This document shows positions 37,856-42,282 of a DNA stretch of 42,282 nucleotides, piece by piece. The notes beneath the pieces are model-generated. The model had not been told where the DNA came from and made no database searches. It was given only the letters and a program-made list of their open reading frames with translations. The first letter of the stretch is position 1. Each line of letters opens with the position of its first letter. The position numbers were made by a program, and so were the translations under genes. The stretch is from a virus, in IMG/VR virus record IMGVR_UViG_3300045988_004668. One strand, given 5' to 3'.

Positions 37856-39991
37856 TCAAACAGGGGCTGTCCCCTGGGGCTGCTGTCTCGCTGCGGCAGA
37901 GTCCCGTGCTGCGTCCTGTCTGGCCCGCTGCACGACGGCCTGTGCCGTCTGCTTGTCGATACCGGATAGCTGCTGCGCCTGTTGGGCCTGCACGGCTGCC
38001 TGCTGTTGGGCCATCTGAATCTGCATGGCCATCTGCTGCTGTGCCTGCTGCTTCTTCAGCTCTTCTTCGAGATACCCGCGCGTCTCGCTGGCACCCGGAT
38101 AGTGCAGCATCTCCATCTTCGTCCAGAACAGGATGAGTGTCGGCAGCTGCGCCGGGTCTCCGAAGGCGCCGGTCTGCAGGTTCATGCGTGTTTCCTGCCA
38201 CATGGCCTCGCGGTTCGACGCCAGCGGCGCGGATGTGTCGCACGAGAAGAGGAACTGATCGTTCCAGCACCATTCCCCGGCGTCGTCCTGCTCCAGAAAA
38301 TCGTATCGGTTGAAGGTCTCATACTGCGCGTTTCCGTGGATGTCCGACGACACGACTGGCCGTGGCTCGTCTGTGTACGCCAGCTTGAACTTGAACATCG
38401 CTTCGAAGAGCGCAGCGTATGCCGCGTCCTTCATCACGCGCTTGGATTCCAGGCGCCCGGCCGACTGCGCCGCTGCGAACTCCTTGGCCTTGCCGCTCGT
38501 GGCGGTGTGGTCTGTGCGGCCCTGGAAGGAATCCGTAATGCCGATGACCTGCCGCGCCTCTTCGTAGACCTGTGCCAGATAGGTGAGGTCTTGCTGCACG
38601 TTGCCCTGCAAATCGTAGACGTCGATGAGCGCCTTCGTCGCAGCGTTGCCCGGCCGGATGACCTTCATGTCGTCCGCGTCCACGCGGATGCTGGCCTCGT
38701 CCGGCAGCGTGATATAGCTTCCGGATTTGAGCAGCTTGTCGATGATCTTGGCCTCGACACGGTTGGTGGTGTTCTGCTGGTCTGCAATCTTGTCGATGTC
38801 GCTGTCGCCCAGGAACCGGCCGTACATGCTCACGTTCTTCTGCAGAATGACGGGGAAGATGTCCGGCTTGTAGAACGGGATGCGTGTCGGCTCTTCCGTG
38901 ATCGTGACGACCGGCAGGCCCAGCTCGTCTGTCTGTGTCTCGCTGGCCATTTCTTTCGGAACGACGCCCGGAATGATGCTCCCGTCTGTGCGCTGAATTG
39001 GGAAGTAGACTTCCTCGTATTCCTCGGTGGACTCTGCCCACTTTGTCCCGCCGCAGTACGGGCAGGCCTTGCGCCCGCCGCGCTGTACCGCCGGTCTGGT
39101 CTCCCGCTCCAGCTCGTTCGCCGCTTCCTGAATGGCCGCTTCCGGTGTCTGCGGCTGCAAAATCGGCTGCGGCGGCGTCCCGTCTGTGCTCGGTTCATCC
39201 ATCGGTTCTGCTGCCAGCGGCTCAATGGCGCCGCACTGGACGCACCGGCGGAGCTTCCGCGCCTGGTAGTCGTCCAGGTCTTCCAGCTCCGTATCGTTCA
39301 CCCAGCTGTAAAGGCCGATGCCGCCCTTGTCGTTGCGGTAATAGGCGATGTACTGCGTGACCAGATCATCCGCCGTGGACGTGTCGCCCGTGCCCTTGAC
39401 GTCCGGCTCGCGCTCCGACTCGTCTGCCACACTCACGCCGTATTTCCGGCGGATGTACTCCTTCGTCTGCGGAATTTTGAGGATGATATAGTCCATGTCC
39501 TCCACGCCTGTGTAGACACCGTCCTGCGGCACGATCTGCTTCGGGTGCAGCGTGGACACGGCCAGCTCTCCGATCGTGAAGTGCGTCCGCTGTGTGTTGT
39601 CCCACTCGACCAAAAACGCAGCGCCGCCCTGGATGGGCACCGTGCGTTCCATCATGTCGTTCAGCTGTTCAAACGGCATCCTGTCCAGCTCGTTGCGGAG
39701 CATATCTTCGATGAGCTTGGCCTTCATCTCGTCCTTCTTCCGCCGGGCCGTGACCTTCGGCTGCGGAATGTTGCTGTCCGTCTGCGCTTCGATCAGCTCC
39801 GCGCAGATGTTCCGGACGTGCGGTGTCTGCGTTTTCCTCTCGCCCCGGACGATGGCCCGCAGCTGATTGACGCCTGCATACAGTGCCTCCCGCTCGTCCA
39901 TCCGGCTTGCCTCGGATTCATAAGCGCTTTCGTTTCGAGAGAGCCTGTCCTGCCAGAGCCGGAGCTTGTCGTTGTTCGCTCGTTTCGCCAT
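37856..39991 (-). CDS. Portal protein (with an internal CxxC...CxxC insertion and Gln-rich C-terminal tail)
   Basis: 711 aa, directly downstream of terL. ATG at 39991 follows AGGAG with an 8-nt spacer; the track start at 40000 is a GTG inside the RBS region. Size and position are typical for a portal. Confidence 0.82.
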   Translation of the reverse strand: MAKRANNDKLRLWQDRLSRNESAYESEASRMDEREALYAGVNQLRAIVRGERKTQTPHVRNICAELIEAQTDSNIPQPKVTARRKKDEMKAKLIEDMLRNELDRMPFEQLNDMMERTVPIQGGAAFLVEWDNTQRTHFTIGELAVSTLHPKQIVPQDGVYTGVEDMDYIILKIPQTKEYIRRKYGVSVADESEREPDVKGTGDTSTADDLVTQYIAYYRNDKGGIGLYSWVNDTELEDLDDYQARKLRRCVQCGAIEPLAAEPMDEPSTDGTPPQPILQPQTPEAAIQEAANELERETRPAVQRGGRKACPYCGGTKWAESTEEYEEVYFPIQRTDGSIIPGVVPKEMASETQTDELGLPVVTITEEPTRIPFYKPDIFPVILQKNVSMYGRFLGDSDIDKIADQQNTTNRVEAKIIDKLLKSGSYITLPDEASIRVDADDMKVIRPGNAATKALIDVYDLQGNVQQDLTYLAQVYEEARQVIGITDSFQGRTDHTATSGKAKEFAAAQSAGRLESKRVMKDAAYAALFEAMFKFKLAYTDEPRPVVSSDIHGNAQYETFNRYDFLEQDDAGEWCWNDQFLFSCDTSAPLASNREAMWQETRMNLQTGAFGDPAQLPTLILFWTKMEMLHYPGASETRGYLEEELKKQQAQQQMAMQIQMAQQQAAVQAQQAQQLSGIDKQTAQAVVQRARQDAARDSAAARQQPQGTAPV

Positions 39992-40021
39992 GATCTTCAC
40001 TCCTATGTCGTCGGCTGCCTG

Positions 40022-41542
40022 TCAGGTAGCCGGGGTTCCCCATTTCTTCTTCAGCATCTCCCGCTCCGCAGGTGATGCGTTTTCGTAGTCCTCCCACTGG
40101 CTGCGTGACCACTTCACGCCCTGCGCCCTCGGCTCCTGCAGCAGGTAGCTTTGCTGCGGCCGGATGTGGTGCGCAATGGCCAGCGACAGCACGCAGTCAT
40201 CGTGTGCGCCTGGCTCCGCTTCCGGCTTCAGGGTCTCCGGGTTTCGCACGAACGACAGCATCTCTTCCAGCGTCGTCTCGTCGTTCACGATCTCGATGTC
40301 GTCCCTCACAGCCTTGATGAGTTCAGCGAGGATGACCGGCCGCGTCTTCGTGTTCGTAAGAAATCCGAACGACTGCCGGACTTTGTGCGTGTAGTCGTCG
40401 ATGGTCTCCCGCACATACTGGCGCGGATACCGCAGCCGCTCCAGTTCCATGACGGGGTAGGTGGAAAAGTTCGTCTCCAGGCCGATGAGCGCCGTGTTGT
40501 AGTGCAGGCCCAGGCAGTAGACCTGCCGAGCGAAGACGTCCTCGTCGAATTTCCCGCGAAGCTGCGCCACCTGCACGCCGGTTCTGTTGTCCAGTACCTG
40601 CGCCACGAAGCTGTCGCTGCCCTCTCCGGCGGTGTCTCCGCCGATGACATACGGCACGCCCGGCTCCGGCTCGCGGTAGATGCGGATGCAGCCGGTCTTG
40701 TCGTCCGTCCAGTTGATCGAAGACAGCTTCACGCCGTCGTCGTCAAATTCAAAAATGCCCGTGCGCTTCGGCGGCCGGATGGCCTGCAGCCTTGCCGCCA
40801 CAGCCTTGCCGTCGAAGACCGTCTTGCCGGTCACGCCCCACATTCCCAGGCAGTAGACCTGGTAGTAATACTCGTCCGTCTCCTGAAAGCTCTCCAATGT
40901 CCGGATGGCCGCGTCGTCCAGAAAGCGGTTATCCTTGTAGGTGGACTCATGCACCCGTGCCCGTGGGTCTTTCCGGTCGAAGAACCGTTTCTTCAGCCAG
41001 TGCTTGATGCTGATCGGGTTGAAGGTGAGGATGATCTGCTGATACTCCCGCGTCCGGCCGCGCAGTCGGATGTCCAGCTGGTTGAAATCTCCCTCCAGCA
41101 GTTCGCTCGCTTCTTCAATCCAGATGCCCGTGATGTTGTAGATCGACTTCAGCTTCTCGACGTCGTCCAGACCTGCGAAGATGATCTCGCTTCCGTTGCG
41201 GAACGAAATAGCAAGGTCTGATTTGTTGGCTTTGTATCCGCTGTCCGGATAGAAGTCTGCCAGCTGTCCGAGCAGCTGCTTGAAGCAGCTCTCCCGCAGC
41301 GTCCTGGCGACCTTCCGGCAGACCAGAAACCGGTGTCCCGGCTCCGTGATGGCCCGCTCCAGAATCTTTCGTCCTGCGAAAATCGACTTTCCGGAACCGC
41401 CGCCGCCCTTCAGAACCAGGTATCTGTGCTCGTCCCAGAACAGCGGTAGGAACGTGCGGTTGTTCGTCTCCCGGAGATTCCGGAACCACAGCGCACATTC
41501 GACCTTCAGGTCAAGTTCCTTCTGCGTCTGCTTCTTCGCCAT
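40022..41542 (-). CDS. terL: Terminase large subunit (PBSX/Terminase_6-like)
   Basis: Walker A YLVLKGGGGSGKS, followed by the ATPase and nuclease halves (IWIEEASE..., GGDTAGEGSD..., GAHDD). ATG at 41542 overlaps the terS 3' end. Confidence 0.92.
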   Translation of the reverse strand: MAKKQTQKELDLKVECALWFRNLRETNNRTFLPLFWDEHRYLVLKGGGGSGKSIFAGRKILERAITEPGHRFLVCRKVARTLRESCFKQLLGQLADFYPDSGYKANKSDLAISFRNGSEIIFAGLDDVEKLKSIYNITGIWIEEASELLEGDFNQLDIRLRGRTREYQQIILTFNPISIKHWLKKRFFDRKDPRARVHESTYKDNRFLDDAAIRTLESFQETDEYYYQVYCLGMWGVTGKTVFDGKAVAARLQAIRPPKRTGIFEFDDDGVKLSSINWTDDKTGCIRIYREPEPGVPYVIGGDTAGEGSDSFVAQVLDNRTGVQVAQLRGKFDEDVFARQVYCLGLHYNTALIGLETNFSTYPVMELERLRYPRQYVRETIDDYTHKVRQSFGFLTNTKTRPVILAELIKAVRDDIEIVNDETTLEEMLSFVRNPETLKPEAEPGAHDDCVLSLAIAHHIRPQQSYLLQEPRAQGVKWSRSQWEDYENASPAEREMLKKKWGTPAT

Positions 41543-42044
41543 CGTCTTCTCGCTCCGTCTCCAGCAGCGCGTCGCGTTCCTCGGCCAGCAGCGCCAGCTT
41601 GTCTGCAATGCGCAGCTCACCGGCGCCCATCGAGCTGCGCGTCTTTTCGCCCAGCTCAACTTCCTGCTTCTGCCGCCAGCCGTAGTTATTCTGCAGATTG
41701 AAGATGATGCCCTGCAGTCCCTTCTCCCGTGTCAAAAGCTCCTGCTCCAGATACGCTTCAATCCGCGCTCTGGCTTCGGCTGCCACGTCTGCCAGCTCCG
41801 GATGCAGCGCAGGGTCTGCGTAGTTCTGCCAGGTGCTGCGGTCAATGCCCAGCTGCAGGCACAGTCCGGCGATCGACGGCGGCACAACGTACTGCAAAAT
41901 CTGAATCTCATCGCCGTCGTCGTTCCGGATGATGCCGCCCGTGTCGTCTCTGGCCAGAATCGTGCGCGAAATGCTGCGGAAATACCGTTCCGTTTCCTCC
42001 CGCAGCTTCTTTTTGGTGTATTTTTTGGGCCTTCCTGCCGCCAT
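41511..42044 (-). CDS. terS: Terminase small subunit
   Basis: MAAGRPKKYTKKKLREETERYF...PPSIAGLCLQLGIDRSTWQNY...GIIFNLQNNYGWRQK matches the terminase small subunit pattern. ATG at 42044 follows GGAGGTG with a 6-nt spacer. The upstream extension in the track ORF has no RBS. Confidence 0.85.
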   Translation of the reverse strand: MAAGRPKKYTKKKLREETERYFRSISRTILARDDTGGIIRNDDGDEIQILQYVVPPSIAGLCLQLGIDRSTWQNYADPALHPELADVAAEARARIEAYLEQELLTREKGLQGIIFNLQNNYGWRQKQEVELGEKTRSSMGAGELRIADKLALLAEERDALLETEREDDGEEADAEGT

Positions 42045-42163
42045 CTGCGCCACCTCCCGTCCCGGCGCTCTAAGGTTCCCGCGCGTGCGCACCCGTATGC
42101 GTGCGCTTGTCGTGGGGAAAAATTCAAATATGCTCTCCGCACCGCTCAAATCCCGCCTAATGC

Positions 42164-42282
42164 GCGGCGCCCTCCCGCAGGGTCTTGCTGCAATATCGAG
42201 TGCACGCCCCGTCACGATGCCATGATACTGGAAAAGTCGCGTCACGAAGTGTCAACTTTTTCGGCACCTTGCACAAAAAAGC
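42164..42282. repeat. Terminal direct repeat, copy B (identical to 1..119)
   Basis: Same 119-nt string as the window start. Confidence 0.95.

Larger units (their letters stand above)
1..42163. mobile_element. Complete tailed-phage genome unit (circularly closed contig or direct-terminal-repeat genome), 42,163 bp
   Basis: nt 1-119 equal nt 42164-42282. A full phage gene set is present (terS, terL, portal, scaffold, MCP, fibers, lysis, replication, regulators) and no bacterial housekeeping genes are seen. Confidence 0.85.

Noticed and set aside
40022-42245. Longer N-terminal extensions of terL (to 41659) and terS (to 42245) given in the ORF track.
   Set aside because: The extensions lack RBSs, are Arg/Trp/Cys-rich, and in the terL case overlap terS by 149 nt. 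Internal ATGs at 41542 and 42044 have proper RBSs and give family-typical N-termini.
1-42282. Search for CRISPR arrays, tRNA or rRNA genes, and tyrosine or serine integrases.
   Set aside because: I noticed no regularly spaced short repeats, cloverleaf-like GC stems with a TTCGAAT-type T-loop context, or rRNA-like regions. No ORF shows recombinase signatures. Absence is by inspection only and should be confirmed with tRNAscan-, Infernal- and HMM-type tools.

Overview
The window is one complete, circularly closed genome of a tailed, probably temperate phage. The unit is 42,163 bp, and the first and last 119 nt are identical. It is GC-rich with strong GGAGG-type ribosome-binding sites (Firmicutes-like, by inference). 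Genes are tightly packed, often with ATGA/GTGA overlaps, and I support 45 CDS, 44 of them on the minus strand. Read along the minus strand across the circle junction, the order is as follows. (1) XRE-type repressor, IS30-family DDE transposase, and a second HTH protein. (2) An early/replication block: DUF3846, SSB, SleB-like hydrolase, PAPS-reductase-like protein, DUF4406-like protein, Gp49-MazG fusion, HUH rolling-circle Rep and DUF1064. (3) A small sigma-r4-like regulator, then terS, terL, portal, scaffold and major capsid protein. (4) An alanine-rich tail fiber. (5) A complete diversity-generating retroelement (DGR): Ig-like target with VR1, Avd, TR, RT. (6) A CBM5/12-like protein, the lysis cassette and further tail proteins. 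(7) A 3,706-aa polyvalent-type giant protein that occupies 26% of the genome. The only plus-strand gene is a visibly AT-richer, self-contained moron encoding a membrane-anchored J-domain protein. The strongest finding is the DGR. TR (30200..30332) differs from VR1 (30928..31060) at 18 positions and from a second, remote VR2 (2509..2610) at 15 positions. Every difference falls on a coding-strand adenine of TR. VR2 belongs to a small stand-alone target gene inside the early module. Both VRs are followed by hairpins with an identical 10-nt apex. Other points worth follow-up are an IS30-type transposase sitting in the integrase position with no other recombinase in the genome, a candidate origin gap with two perfect 20-bp palindromes upstream of the Rep gene, and the giant protein with two HExxH motifs. 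I saw no rRNA, tRNA or CRISPR array. All family names are motif-level recognition by eye; no database search was run.
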